The notes beneath the pieces were generated by a model. That model saw only the letters and a list, made by a program, of their open reading frames with translations, was not told the origin of the DNA and ran no database searches. Shown piece by piece: positions 26,393 to 41,199 of a stretch of 64,000 bases of DNA (position 1 is the stretch's first letter; the number at the start of each line of letters is the position of its first letter). Origin of the DNA: Octopus vulgaris (Eukaryota). The translations under genes were made by a program, and so were the position numbers. The stretch is from NCBI GenBank assembly GCA_951406725.2, contig OX597836.1, positions 8,184,001 to 8,248,000 on the forward strand, written 5' to 3'.

Positions 26393-26724
26393 AGAGAGAG
26401 GGAGAGAGGGAGAGAGAGGGAGAGAGAGAGAAAGAAAGAAGGTGAGCAGAGGATACAGGAAGAAGACGAGGAGACAAAGTAAAAGAAGGAGAGCCGAACA
26501 GGAGAAAGGTGAGCGGACAGAGAGAGAGAGGGGGGAAGAGGAGAGTAAGGAAAAGAGGAGAGTAAGGGAAAGAGGAGAGTAAGGAAAAGAGGAAGATGAA
26601 GATAGAGGATGAGAAGGGAACTAGGACGGAACGGAAGCAGGAGATTGATTAGTATTCTTGTACTTGAAGGAATTGGAGCGAAAAGAAATACTGAGACTTG
26701 TGTATTCCACTTTCTTTTACTTCA

Positions 26725-26790
<66 letters not shown>

Positions 26791-26891
26791 GTTATTATTA
26801 TTGGAAATTCTTGCTAAAAATAGACGTGGTCCTGTAGCGAAAAATAATGGTAAAAAAAAAAAGAGAAGTAATAATGAAAGAGTGAATGTTA

Positions 26892-26940
26892 GCGCCATAT
26901 TGAGAAATGGCCAGCTTGTTTAGCGCAGTTGCCTAGCAAC
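26892..26940. promoter_or_regulatory. Candidate RFX X-box (GTTGCCTAGCAAC, 26928-26940) next to a YY1-like CGCCATATT
   Basis: Motif match only, in a short non-repetitive island. Confidence 0.4.
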
Positions 26941-28089
26941 TAAAACGAGAAGAGAAATAAAAAAAAAAAAAAAACAAAGAAAAAACAAGAGTCAAATAAA
27001 TAAGTAAATAAATGTACAATACAGGTAATAAAGTTAAAATAAAATATTGGTAAAAATTCTGCTGAAATAAAGTTTGAGAGAAATATGGTTTGGTTTTGTG
27101 GCTAAGAAGCTCACATTGCAGCCACCTGGTTTCGGGTTCAATTCTGCATCACAGAACTTTGGGCAAGTGTCTTCTACAATAACTGTAGCCTTGTGATTGA
27201 CCATGACAGACGGAAAATGTGTGGAAACCCATCATATATGTATAATGTGTGTGTGTATGTGTGTGTGTCTGTCTGTTGTCTGTCTGTCTGTTGTCTGTCT
27301 GTGTTGTGTGTATGTGCTTTGTGTGTGTTGTGTGTGTGTATCTCAGTGTGTGTGCGCACGCATGTCCGTATGTATGTGTGTTGTGTCGGTGCGTGAGTTC
27401 CATACACAGCAGCACGCTGTGTCCTTGAGCAAGACACTTTATTTCCCATTGATCCAGTCCACTCAGCTGACAAAAGTGAGTTGTACTAAGATTTCAAAGG
27501 GGTAACCTTACCACACTCTAAGTCACGCTGAATCTCCCTGACAACTATGTAAAGTGTACGCGTGTTTGTAGAGTACTCAGCCACTGTCACGTTAATTTAA
27601 TGAGTAGGCTGTTCTGCTAATCGGGGCGGTGAGCTGGCAGAATCGTTTGCACGCCGGGTAAAATGCTTAGCAGCATTTCGTCCGCCTTCAGATACTGAGT
27701 TCAAATCCTGCCGAGGTCGACTTTGCCTTTCATCCTTTATATTTGTGTGTCTGTGTTTGTCCCCCACTATTGCTTTCCATATGTATGTGTGTGTGTGTAT
27801 TTGTGCGCGCACACACACATACACACACACACATATATATTTCAAGGATTTAACGGGAAAATTTAATAAAAACAAACGGACAATTTGACAAAACCATAAC
27901 ACAGGGAAAATTTGTAGCTAATTCCTCATCAGCCAATGTCCAATCGATTATAACAGTTTCGTGCCGTTATCGTTGAGACCACTTCGTCTTGGAGGAGCCA
28001 GTTGCAAAATGTCACTAGGAATACCTAATGAACGTACAGGACAATGACGAAAACAAAGAAGACAAACAAAAATGATTATAATAATTATA

Positions 28090-28712
28090 TATATACAACA
28101 ACAACTGCAACAACAAAAGTCGTGCGGTTGCCAGACGGAGAAACACCGGCACCCCAGACTAAAGAAGGTCTTCACCCACGTAAGCTGTTATCTGTTTGGT
28201 GGGATATGAAAGATTTAGTCCACTCTGAACTTTTAAACCAAACCAAACGATAACAAAGAGATCTACTTCGAGCAGTTTGAACGGCTCAATTGAGTGCTAG
28301 AAGAAAAACGACCATCTTAGGTTTCAAGACGAAAGGTATTCTTCCATCAGGTTAATGCTTGGCCAAATACAGCGAAGATGACATTTTAGAGGCTGGAGCA
28401 GTTTCAATGGGAAACGATGCCCGACCCACCATATTCACCGGACATTGCTCTATCTGATTATCATTTATTTCACAATCTTCAAAATCATTTGGACGAAAAA
28501 AATATGAAATCCGTAGACGAGGTTAGAACAGTACTGGAGGCGAATTTTTCGTCACGGACAATGAATTTTGGAATAAGGACCTTGGAAGTCTACCACACAT
28601 ATGCAAAGGCATTGTAGAAAATGACTGAGAGTATATTTGAGATTTTGGTTTATCTTAATATTGAAAAATAAAAAGAAGTATTTAAAAAACCGCATTATCT
28701 AAGGGATAATCC

Positions 28713-28714
<2 letters not shown>
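28090..28714 (+). pseudogene. Mariner transposase C-terminal remnant with right TIR
   Basis: KEGLHPRKLLSVWWDMKDLVHSELL..; PDPPYSPDIALSDYHLFHNLQNHL (YSPDL..D motif); ends aaaaaccgcattatctaagggataatccaa. Confidence 0.92.
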
Positions 28715-28780
<66 letters not shown>

Positions 28781-29147
28781 TGTATGTATGTATGTATGTG
28801 TGTATGTATGTATGTATGTATGTATGTATAGTCACATATATGTGTATATTTATACTTATATATACGTATTAAATATATGCACATACAAATTCATATATGT
28901 ATATATATGTTTAAGTATATACATGTATATGAGTGCATATTTGCCTACATAATTAAATTCAGTATATAATGTAATTACGTATACACTTGCGCGCGCAAAC
29001 ATGCCTGCATGCGTACACATACATACATACATACATACATACATACACATAGATATGTTTATACTTGTTCTATTACCTGAGGAGAGTAGAAGTAACATCT
29101 AATAAGATTAGAAAGAATATATATATATGCGTATGTGTGTATGTGTG

Positions 29148-29194
<47 letters not shown>

Positions 29195-29250
29195 ATGTAT
29201 GTATATATATATATATATATACATATCATATACATATATATACACGTACA

Positions 29251-29334
<84 letters not shown>

Positions 29335-29357
29335 CATATACATAAATACAATTATAT

Positions 29358-29428
<71 letters not shown>

Positions 29429-30019
29429 GGAGGAAAGGGGGAAAGTGGAAGACAGATAGAGATGATGGGTGATGCGCAGAAGTGCAGAAGCTATGAATGC
29501 GAAAGAGAGAGAGAGAGAGAGACAGACAGACACAGAGAGAGAGAGAGAGAAATGGAGACTGACATAAAGACAGACATACAAGAGAGAGAGAGGGAGGGAG
29601 GGAGGGGGAGGGAGAGAGAGAGAAGGGGGAAAAGGCAAAGAAGATGGAATCAGTGACTGTTAAGGAACGAAAATGGAACAATTGAGACGCGAAAATTCTC
29701 TGCAGAAATAATGGTTAACGGGGATCTTTTAAAGTGGAAGTAATGAAGCTTATTGGTGCCAAGACATGAGAGAGGCAGAGAAGTAGAGTGGCAGGTAAAA
29801 CAGTATCCAATGACCCAATTTTCGGATCAACCGACGTAAATTCAAGTGAGGCGATCAATTAGGGGCAATTTAGAACTCCGATCAAAGAATTTTGCTGTGG
29901 GATTCATTATTTTTTATTCCAATCCAATTTTATTCTTAAAGACACGTTTCGACGTTTCCGCCTCACTTATGAATATAAAAGAAGGCGACAAATATACTTA
30001 GAATACATACATACATACA

Positions 30020-30138
<119 letters not shown>

Positions 30139-30391
30139 CACATATATACATACAAACACACACACACACACATATATATGTTTGTGTGTGTCTGTGAGGA
30201 ATCGTAACAGTGACCAACTTGTACACGTGTGACGAAACTTTTTGATAATGACTAGTAGACAGAACGGCTGGGCAATAAACGAAAGTGAAAGTGTAACAGA
30301 TTTTGTGTAATTAAATGACGAACATGTCATTTCCACACTATGATTTTGTTGATGCGTGTGAGCGTGTATCTATCTATCTATCCATCTATCC

Positions 30392-30503
<112 letters not shown>

Positions 30504-30580
30504 GTCTGTCTGCCTGTCTGTCTGTCTGTATATCTATATATCCATCTATATATTCTGCTCTCTTTAAATCTCTCTCTTTC

Positions 30581-30644
<64 letters not shown>

Positions 30645-30917
30645 CGTGTGTGTATGTGTAGTGTGCTGTTCCGTAATGGTAAAATCAACAAAAAAGCACT
30701 CTATCTGGTGAGAGACAAATATTATTTAATAAATGTTATGCCATGTGGACAATATCTGATGATTGTACAAGGACACCAGACGAATATTAAATCACTGTTT
30801 GGCATGTTCCCAGTACATGAAACTAATAATAACACATAAAAACATAAAGTGTGTTTATTAAATAGCGTGTGTGTATGTATATGTGTGTATATATATATAT
30901 GTATATGTATATGTGTG

Positions 30918-31055
<138 letters not shown>

Positions 31056-31249
31056 TGGTACATTCTATTACGAATCCTGTTTACTCCAGTTTTTTCAATT
31101 ATATATATATATATTTATATATATAATATTATCAGAATTTTATAGTATTAAGTATCTATCACGGCTGGTCTTACCAATCGGTTTCGCGCCAATAATACAA
31201 TGGAGTCTTAGGTAACAATCCAATTATATAAATACGTTCATCTTTAAAG

Positions 31250-31455
31250 TTTGGCATAAGGACCGCAATTTAGAGGAAAGAGGTAAGTCGATTAAATCGA
31301 CCCCAATGCTCAACTGGTATTTATTTCATCGACTCCGAATTGACGAAAAGTAAAGTCCACCCCGGTGACATTTGAACTCAGAACGTAAAATCATAAGAAA
31401 TGCTGCAAAACTTTTTGTCCAGTGCGGTAACAATGCTGCCAGCGCGTCGCCTTAT
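31250..31455 (-). mobile_element. SINE family B
   Basis: gtcgattaaatcgaccccaatg..ggtatttatttcatcgac..tttgaactcagaacgt..gctgccagcgcgtcgcctt. Confidence 0.75.
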
Positions 31456-31763
31456 CTTTAATTAATTTATTAAATATGTTCATTCACATTTCACTAATTC
31501 TAAATCTAGAACTAGGTTGTATAATGTGACCATTCTTTATTGTCAGTGGTGGAAGTGATATTGCAGAGATCTTGTTGTTATTTTTAGCAGATTCAGTGAC
31601 CACATAAAGGCGCCTTGTTTTCGATTGTTGTCATTTATATACATACATGCACACATACATACTTACATACATGCATACATACACATATATATGTATGTAT
31701 GTATATATATAACATGCATACATAGATGCATACATAGATACATACATGCATACATACATATTC

Positions 31764-31796
<33 letters not shown>

Positions 31797-32856
31797 AAAT
31801 CAAAATAAGTAACTGGCTTTCAAGTTGTAATGCAGTACGACCGTTTCAAGTAGCTTCATTTAATTGAACAATACAATCATTACTTCAATTTTAAATACAG
31901 CGCTATTTTCAGCTGCACAGATATGGAATATCAACAGACAAAATAGATTAATATAATTTTTCTTAAATATTTTAACAGAGCAAGAGGATGGAAGAAATTC
32001 CTGTTGTGGCTATTGCAGCAGGAATAGCTTAGAAAACAGACTACAATTTATTTATAGAGTGGCATGGAACACAGTGGGGATCATAGGGCTATAATTCATT
32101 TCCAAATATTATCTATTTCTTTATCATTCATCTAAAACCTGAGACTAGAAGACTATATTTAGAAAAAAGAGCAAAAGTGAGTTGACAGCTCATGACTGGA
32201 TATTGGTCATAAATATTTTCAAAAATACCCCTAACACCCAAAAGAAAAAGAAACAAAACTTTATAAAAGAGTTAATCAGATAGAAGTAATTGTCTATAAA
32301 GGAGGTTGGGGTAGGGGCGATATTAATTCATGATGTTGTTACTAGTTAAAGGGGCAGACATTATGAAACTTAGGATGCTACAATGAGATTCAGAAAAAAA
32401 CATTAGAAGCTCAGTAGGAGAACGTTTATAAACAACATTATTATGTTGCATGAGAATTTTTTAAAATATCGACAAATTGATATCATAACCATATAAACTA
32501 AAAGGTGTATATGGATCAATTTTAAACATTAAAAGGAAGATTACTATTATGTATAATCAATTTAATACCTCGTCTTCACTTAATCAATTAACTATTAGTT
32601 GATCACTATAAAGACCACTCAAACCACTTACATATGGGATATCTGGAAAGATGTACATATCATCCGCTGATTGAAAGTAATGAACCAGAAGCAGGGTAAT
32701 AAGATAATAGATGGACGTAATTAAATATAAATATACAAGAGAAAGTGTGTACTGATATAAGTAGGCGTAATGGTATAAAAAAATTATACATACGGATACA
32801 TATGCAAAATGGTGTCTTATATTTACATACATATATATGTACACACAAACACACAA

Positions 32857-32921
<65 letters not shown>

Positions 32922-32922
32922 T

Positions 32923-32979
<57 letters not shown>

Positions 32980-34229
32980 AATAAAAAATATTATCAGTAC
33001 TAACTGATAATAATAATATAAGTGGCTAGCAAGCTTAAAAACCAAAAAGGTAAATTTATAAATTTATGATCATAGCTTTGATTATAATTAAGAGTGCGAG
33101 ATAGTAGCAGTGTTGTTAGAAATAAGAGTCGAAAAATGATCAAATAAACCACAATATCACTGAATATTTAAAATGCTGACGAAATCAAGGAACGAGTAAA
33201 AAGGCAACCTACTAATTGCGGGGGAAAGACGCATATGAATTTGCAGATATACTCATAACTCTGAATTATAATTATAATTATAAATTTATATATATATATA
33301 TATAGCTTCACATTTTAACAGCTTCACATTTTAACAGCTTAACTGAAATATAGCTCACGTAACAGGAACTGAGAGGGATATCGTGGAACAGAGAAAGAGA
33401 AATTGTGGGTGATATAGATAATTTGACAATATCTTTTAATTCTGCATGCAAAAACATATAAGATACAGGTATTCTTTTCCTTGGAATAAATTCTTTGTTG
33501 ACCAGTGTTGTTCTTATCGTGGTTTACAAATCCAAGCATGAAAACGTTACTCAACTTTGCAGTGTTGGAAACAGACTCCATTTTTTCACACATATACACA
33601 TGCACTTATATATTAATGATGTACAAAAATACATAGCAGGTATACATAATACTGAAATACGCATAAAGTAAACACACGCAGACAAATATATTAATATAAC
33701 AAATTTTTAAAAAATAATTTAAAAAAATAAAATCAACGAAGTGACAAAAGAAACAGTAAAATGATACATGTTAATTTCATTAAGTATTTCTGTTTATTTA
33801 GAAACCTACAATGAACAGGTCAAACGCTAAACTATAAATTTCACAGGATACAACCTTAAAGTTAACACCGCTCCGTTAAATGCAGAAAATTTGTCTCGCT
33901 ATTGGCTAAAAATACAGTTTTTTTCGATTTTTAAACCTCTGTAACTTTTTTCTCTATTATTTTTCTTCACAACATCATACCTTCAAAGCAATGAGACTGG
34001 AAGGCTACATTATTATAGCCGATTTTCAGATTTTTTTACTTCCTTTTAAAAAATGCATAATTTTGCGAATGAAAAAAACTAGATCCGTATGATATTGTAG
34101 TGCGGAGTGTGGTATAGCGGTGTGGAGGGTAGATGTGCTGCTGTGTTTTAGTGTTAGATTGGAGCATATGTTATAATAGAGTGATGTTGTATAAGTCGAA
34201 TTAACGCTACTAGTAATCGACTTACAAAT

Positions 34230-34838
34230 ACCACCACCACAACCATCACTACCACTACCAATACCAAGACCATTACTACTACCACCGTCTCCACTACCAA
34301 CACAACCACCACTACCATCACAGATACCACTCCCATGACTACTATTACGAACACCACCACCACCACCACCACCACAACCACTGTCACCACTATCCAACAC
34401 CAGCACCAGCAACATCACCATCAAAACCACTATACCACCACCATCACTACAATCATCCCCACTACCACCACCCACCACCATTCACAAACCACAATTACAC
34501 CGCTACTACTACTACACACCACCGTTCACCACCAGCACCACAACCTCCATCAGTATCATCACCATCACCACCGACGGCCTTCATCATCATCATCCCCAAA
34601 TTTCCACCACCATCGACAACACTACCGACGCTCCAAACCATTACCAACACCAAGACCATTACTACTGTCATCACCACTACCACCACCACCACCACCACCT
34701 CCGCCGCCACTTTCATAACTACCACAAGCGTCTCTATCAAAGTCCGAACCGCCATCCCTGTCATCATCATGACCATCATTATCATCATCATCATCACAAA
34801 CACAAGTACGAAGCGCAGCCCCCCACCACCACCACCGT

Positions 34839-34913
<75 letters not shown>

Positions 34914-35697
34914 CAGCATCACTACCAACGCCTAAACTATCATCAACATCAAGACCACTACCACTACCACCACTACCACCACCACCAGCACCACCACAAC
35001 CCAGCGCCAATACAAAGACCACCCCCACTGAATTAACTACCAACAGCTGGTGTGAGGCACAACCCATCACTCCACTCCCCTCTCCCTCATTACCCCACTC
35101 ACGATATTTCCAACATCTTCATCACGTCATTACGTCGTTCCATCAGTAGTAGCAGGGGTAGTAGTAGCAGTAGCAGCAGCAGTAGTAGTGCTGCTGTTGG
35201 TGGTGATGGTGATGGTGATGGTGGTGGTTGTAGTGGCAGTGGTGTTTGTTGTGGTGGTAGTCGTGTTATTGTGGGAGAGTGGTGGTGGTAGGGGTGGTGG
35301 TGATGGTGGTGATGGTGGTAATGGTATAGTAGTGGTAGTGGTTATCGCAGTGATGGTGATGTTGTGGTGGGGGGTAATGGCGGTCGTGGTGGTGGTTGTG
35401 ACAGTAGCGGTGGTATGGTGGTGGTGGTAGTGGTGGGAGGATGGTAGTAGCGGTGGTGGTGGGGGTTGTCGTGGTAGTGGTAGTTGTGGCAATAGTGATG
35501 GTGGTGGTGGTGATGGTGATGGTGGTGGCGATGGTAGTGGTGGTGATGGTGGTGGTGGTGGTGATGGTGATGGTGGTGGTGGTGGTGATGGTGGTGGTGG
35601 TGGTGGTGGTGGTGGTGGTGGTGGTGGTGATGGTGGTGGTGGTGGCGATGGTGGTGGTGGTGGGTGTTCTTGATGTTAGGGATAGTTTAGGCGTTCT

Positions 35698-35728
<31 letters not shown>

Positions 35729-35800
35729 GAGAAGGAAGAGGAGGAGGATGATAGTGAAGTGGTGGTGATGGTGGTGGTTTTAGTGGTATTAAGTGGTGGA
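34230..35800. repeat. Low-complexity (ACC/CAT)-rich block followed by a complementary (GGT/GAT)-rich block
   Basis: Seen directly; the strand composition switches near 35100-35150. Confidence 0.9.
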
Positions 35801-35905
35801 GAGTGAGGTGGAGCGGGGAAGTGAGGATTCGCAGAAATTTGAGGACAGATTTGAACAGCTTCCTGTTGTTTAAGGGTAAACAGCTGTTATGGGAGTTGAA
35901 AGATC

Positions 35906-35970
<65 letters not shown>

Positions 35971-36289
35971 ATGTCAGTATGTAGCTATAGATATGTGTGT
36001 ATGTGCTTATGATTTTATATGTTTGCATGTGTGCGTCTATATGCATGTATGTGTCTGTATTTATGTGTGTATGTATGCATATAGGAATCTATGTGTATTA
36101 ATGTGTATAAATATATGTGTGTGTTTGTATATGTATGTGTGTATGTATGAATATATACATCTGTGTGTCTATATATATATATGCTTGGATGCGTATACAT
36201 GTGTAGATTTGTATATATGTATGAGTGTGTGTGTATATGTGTATGTATGTGTGTGTGTGTATGTGTGTGTGTGTGTGTGTGTGTGTATA

Positions 36290-36423
36290 CAGGCGCGAGT
36301 ATGGCTGTGTGGTAAGAAGTTTGCTTCTCAACCACATGGTTCCGGGTTCAGTCCCACTGTGTGGCAGCCGACCAAGCCACAAGAGTGGATTTGGTGGACG
36401 GAAACTGAAAGAAACCCGTCATA

Positions 36424-36459
<36 letters not shown>

Positions 36460-36700
36460 TGTATGTATGTATGTATGTATGGGGTGGGTGTTTTTGTGTT
36501 TGTGCTTGTTCCTCACCACCGATGGACAACCGGTGTTGGTGTGTTCACATCCCCGTAACTTAGCGTTTCGGTAAAAGAAACCGACATAATAACTACCAGG
36601 CTTAAAAAATATGTACTATGGTCGACTTGTTCGACTAAAATTTCTTCGATGCGGTGCCCCAGCATGGCCGCAGTCTAATGACTGAAACAAGTTAATGATA
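36290..36700 (+). mobile_element. SINE family A
   Basis: Same head and tail as 21636-22050. Confidence 0.88.
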
Positions 36701-37732
36701 AAATATAAACCGTAAAAGATATATGTATATGTGCGTGGGTGTAAATATGTATTTACACATGTACACACAACACAAACACACATACACACATATATACACA
36801 TGCACATACACACTCACACACTCACTCCCGTTAATTCATTCACAATACTTTCCGCATTGTTTTGTGATTCGAATCATTTGAAATATAAGTTATACATTTT
36901 TAATAAGCCTACAATTTAGCATCGCTGTAAAGACTGGACGAAGTGACTACACAACACATATACATATATCATTTTATCTCTTTGTGACCCGAAAAATACT
37001 GAATGTCGATATATTTCGTTTCTGATCTTGTTATACTTTCATCAGAGAAGGATATTTTATCTTCCGTTCAAGGAAAGATCAATAGCTTACAAATATTTAT
37101 GGTGTTTCGTCCTGTTTTAGCTTGTATATACCATGTGAGCACAGCCCAAAGATTGCACGAAGGTACCGAAAGTGCTATAAAATGCAGTATTGTTTTATTA
37201 CATGAAACTATTTGTATGTAGTTCATAAAAATATATACTGTGTTCATTAATACACACACACACACACACATACACACACACAAACATATGTATGTATGTA
37301 TGTATTTTATTTTTACGAATATTTTTAATTTCATTTTCATTCGTACAAATGTACAAATTCACAAATTTTCCACTTCACAAAGCCTTTCTATATCATTGCG
37401 AACTTTTTACAAAATAATATAACATTTTTTTAAAAAATATAACATTATCGATATGACTTCAGGTTCTGTAAGTAGGAGATATTTTAAGCTTTCTCAATTT
37501 TTAAACTATTCTAATCGATTTATTTGTACCTCTGATAGGGGAAATGCGATTAATTTGTATCGGCTGGAAAACTCGTCCAATACAAATGCATTTCTCGAAA
37601 TGATCGTAAGGTTTTGTAATACTTTTCTTTGGATTGTAATTTTGGAGCGCTTGAAACCTAACATCTCCATGAACTGTTTATGCATTTTGTATTCCCATGA
37701 TAAAGGAACTTGACCTACGAATTCTTCACCTT

Positions 37733-37772
<40 letters not shown>

Positions 37773-37775
37773 ACT

Positions 37776-37854
<79 letters not shown>

Positions 37855-37857
<3 letters not shown>

Positions 37858-37956
37858 GACTTGTTTTATTTATATTTCCTGAGCGCCATACTAATACAAT
37901 TGTTCGTTTGTTTTCCACCTGCCTTCGTCTTTTGTTTATTTTCATAAAGCTTCCCG

Positions 37957-37960
<4 letters not shown>
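37855..37960 (+). mobile_element. Penelope-like terminal fragment in (TA)n (same family as 45301-45452)
   Basis: aaagacttgttttatttatatttcctgagcgccatactaatacaattg...aaagcttcccgttata closely matches the reverse complement of 45301-45405. Confidence 0.65.
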
Positions 37961-37996
<36 letters not shown>

Positions 37997-38070
37997 TAAA
38001 TAAATTAATTAATTAATTAATTAATTAATTAATTAATAAAATAATATATAAATATAAAAATATACATACA

Positions 38071-38139
<69 letters not shown>

Positions 38140-38366
38140 TTATAAGTTTAAATTATTTAAATAATTTTTTATTCTTGACTTTTATATTTTAAATTAATTT
38201 TATGTTTTTCACTGTTTGATTTGCCTAATAGTGGTTTTATCTCTAATTTAATATAATATAATATAAATATATATATACTATAAAATTGGATTTAATCCTA
38301 AATCTCATTTTTCCCTGTAAGTTTGGATTTATTCCCTAATATTTATATATATATAATATATATATA

Positions 38367-38530
38367 TACGGCGGGCTTCTTTCAGTTCCCGTCAACCAAA
38401 TCCATTCACAAGGCTTTGGTCGGCCCGAGGCTATATAGTAAAAGACAGTTGCCCAAGGTGCCACGCAGTAGGACTGAACCCGGAACCATGGGGCTGGTGA
38501 GCAAGCTACTTACCACACAACCACTCCTAT
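38367..38530 (-). mobile_element. SINE family A, 5' half
   Basis: Reverse complement of the family A head. Confidence 0.88.
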
Positions 38531-38618
38531 TTTTTCAATGTATTTTTAAGTGTTTATATATTTATGTATTTAAATATTTGCTTTTTGTAAGAAAATAAGG
38601 TAGCTGTATCCCACATAT

Positions 38619-38828
38619 AGGCGCGGCCGTTGTTGTGTGGTAAGAAGCTTACTTCCTTAACGTTCACAGGGTTCAGTTCTACTGCGTAACATTAACTTTG
38701 TTAGCGTCTTCCACTAATAAATAACCTCCAGCCGACCAAAGGCTCGTGAGTGAACTTGATAGACGGAAACTGAAAGAAGCTTGTCATAGATGTGTGTGTG
38801 TGTGCGCGCATCTGTGTGTGTGCGCGCA

Positions 38829-38862
<34 letters not shown>

Positions 38863-39110
38863 TTTGTGCCTGTGTTCGTCCCGCACCTTCGCATGATAAC
38901 CGGTGCCGGTGGGTTTTACGCCCACGTAACTTAATGGTTCAGCAAAGCAACAACAACAACGACAACAACTATAACAACAAAAACGATAGAATTACTACTA
39001 CCAGGCTTATAGAAGAAAAAAAAGAAATACTGGGGTCGTTCCGTTCGACCAAAACCTTCCTGAAGGCGACGCACCAGCATGGCCGCACCGAAACAAACCA
39101 GTAAAAGATA
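38619..39110 (+). mobile_element. SINE family A, diverged
   Basis: ggcgcggccgttgttgtgtggtaagaagctt...gacggaaactgaaagaagc...cagcatggccgca. Confidence 0.8.
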
Positions 39111-39305
39111 AAAATAGTTGTCATTGCGATGCGTTGTCTGTTTCCTTCCTGTATCCTCTCGAATGTTTTTTTCTTTTCCATGTTTAATGCTTAACAGTGC
39201 GATTTTAATATTGCTGTAATTGGTGTCGCTGTGTTGCCTAAGATTTTCATCTGTTCGGCTTTTACAGTTAGTTGTGTAATTTTGAGTTATCAATTCTAAC
39301 TACGT

Positions 39306-39695
39306 TAGGAGTGGCTGAGTGGTAAGTAGCTTGCTTACAAACCACATGGTTCCGGGTTGGTCAAGTGCCTTATACTATAGCCTCGGGCCGACCAAAGCCT
39401 TGTGAGTGGATCTGGTAGACAAAAACTGAAAGAAGCCCGTCGTATATATGTATATATATATATATATGTGTGTGTGTATATGTTTGTTTGTCTGTGTTTG
39501 TCCCCCCAACGTCGCTTGACAACCGATGCTGGTGTGTTTACGTCCCCGTAACGTAGCGGTTCGACAAAAGAGACCCGATAGAATAAATACTAGGCTTTAT
39601 TCTAGTATTATTCTGGGGTCGATTTGCTCGACAAAAGGCGGTGCTCCAGCATGGCCACAGTGAAATGACTGAAACAATTAAAAGAGTAAAGAGTA
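39306..39695 (+). mobile_element. SINE family A
   Basis: aggagtggctgagtggtaagtagcttgc...ctccagcatggccacagtgaaatgactgaaac. Confidence 0.9.
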
Positions 39696-39779
39696 TTTAT
39701 GTATTGATTATATTTTGAGAGGAAATATCTACGGTTATGTTGGTGCGTGTTTTGTGTTTGTGAATTATCGAAGACACTG

Positions 39780-40560
39780 TAACACTACCAGCCACCACCG
39801 CCACCACAACCACCACATCCACCACCACCACAACAACCACCACATCCACCACCACCACAACACAACCACAACCACCACCACCACCACAACCACCACCACC
39901 ACAACCACAACAACCACAACAACAACCACAACAACCACCACCACAACTACCACCACCACAACTACCACCACCACAACTACCACCACCACAACTACCACCA
40001 CCACAACTACCACCACCACAACTACCACCACCACAACCACCACTGCTACTACTACAACCACTGCCGCTGACTCCGCAGTGCCGTTGCCAGCAATATCATC
40101 AACATTATTAATCACCATCAGCAAAATCGCCAGCACCATCACCATCACCATCATCATCATCATGATCATCATGATCATCATCATCATCACCATCAACACC
40201 TCCACAACAAGCGCCCCTGCTACCAACACTACCACCACTAACACTGTCATCATCATCATGACCATCACCATCATTATCGTTATCATGATCATGATCGTAA
40301 TCATCATCTTCAGCACCACCACCACCAACAACAACAACAAAAACACTCCCATCACTATCATCATCAACACTATCACCACAACTTCCATAACTACCACTAT
40401 CATAACCACCACCACCACCACCACCACCATCTTCATCATCATCGTCATCATCTTTGTCGTTGTCATTGTTTTCGTTGTCGTCGTTGTCATCGTCATCATC
40501 ATCATCGTCGTCGTCGTCGTCATCATCATGTGCGACAGCAGCAGCGGCAGCAGCAGCAGC
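39780..40560. repeat. (ACC/ACA/ATC)n compound microsatellite
   Basis: Seen directly; source of the poly-Thr/poly-Val ORFs. Confidence 0.95.
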
Positions 40561-40652
40561 AGTAGGATATGGTCTCCGTTTTTGAACACCAACAGTTATG
40601 GAGCACTCATCTTGGGCTGCCTACACACGCACGCATGCATACATACATACAT

Positions 40653-40754
<102 letters not shown>

Positions 40755-40764
40755 ACATACATAT

Positions 40765-41150
40765 ATTATCCAGATTGCAGATTCATGTTTATGCCTGTAA
40801 TTATTGGGGCCCTGGGATATGTAACACACTGCCTAAATACCAATCTTGAGAAATTAGGCTTCTCAAAACCAGAAAGAAGAAAGCTAATTCGAAGACTACA
40901 AATTCAATCCATCACTGGAACTGTAAAAATCTGTAAAACTTTCCAGAAGTTTATCATTTCAATTTATCTGAGCATATCTAGATATGCAACTTTACGCATC
41001 AGAAGACATACATAAAACAAAACATACAAATCTGCAATTATACATACATAGATACAAAGAAAAATACCCTGGTGTTTATGTTGAAATTCCAATGAAGAAG
41101 CCTTGGATCTAGGTTCGAACCCGGTTCTTTCTCTATTGGCAAGAAATAAA
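40765..41150 (+). mobile_element. REL-type non-LTR retrotransposon extreme 3' remnant inside (AC)n/(ACAT)n
   Basis: FMPVIIGALGYV..LNTNLEKLG..RLQIQSITGTVKICKTF resembles the C-terminal PVxIGALG..LQ....GT..I segment of R4/R2-like elements. Confidence 0.7.
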
Positions 41151-41199
41151 GTGAATAATGGCATACATACATACACATGCATTTCAAAACTGACCAATT

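Noticed and set aside
31800-32800. Possible Penelope ORF remnant
   Set aside because: Only weak hints (gaaacggtcgta on the minus strand, an ELTAH-like peptide); too degraded to call.
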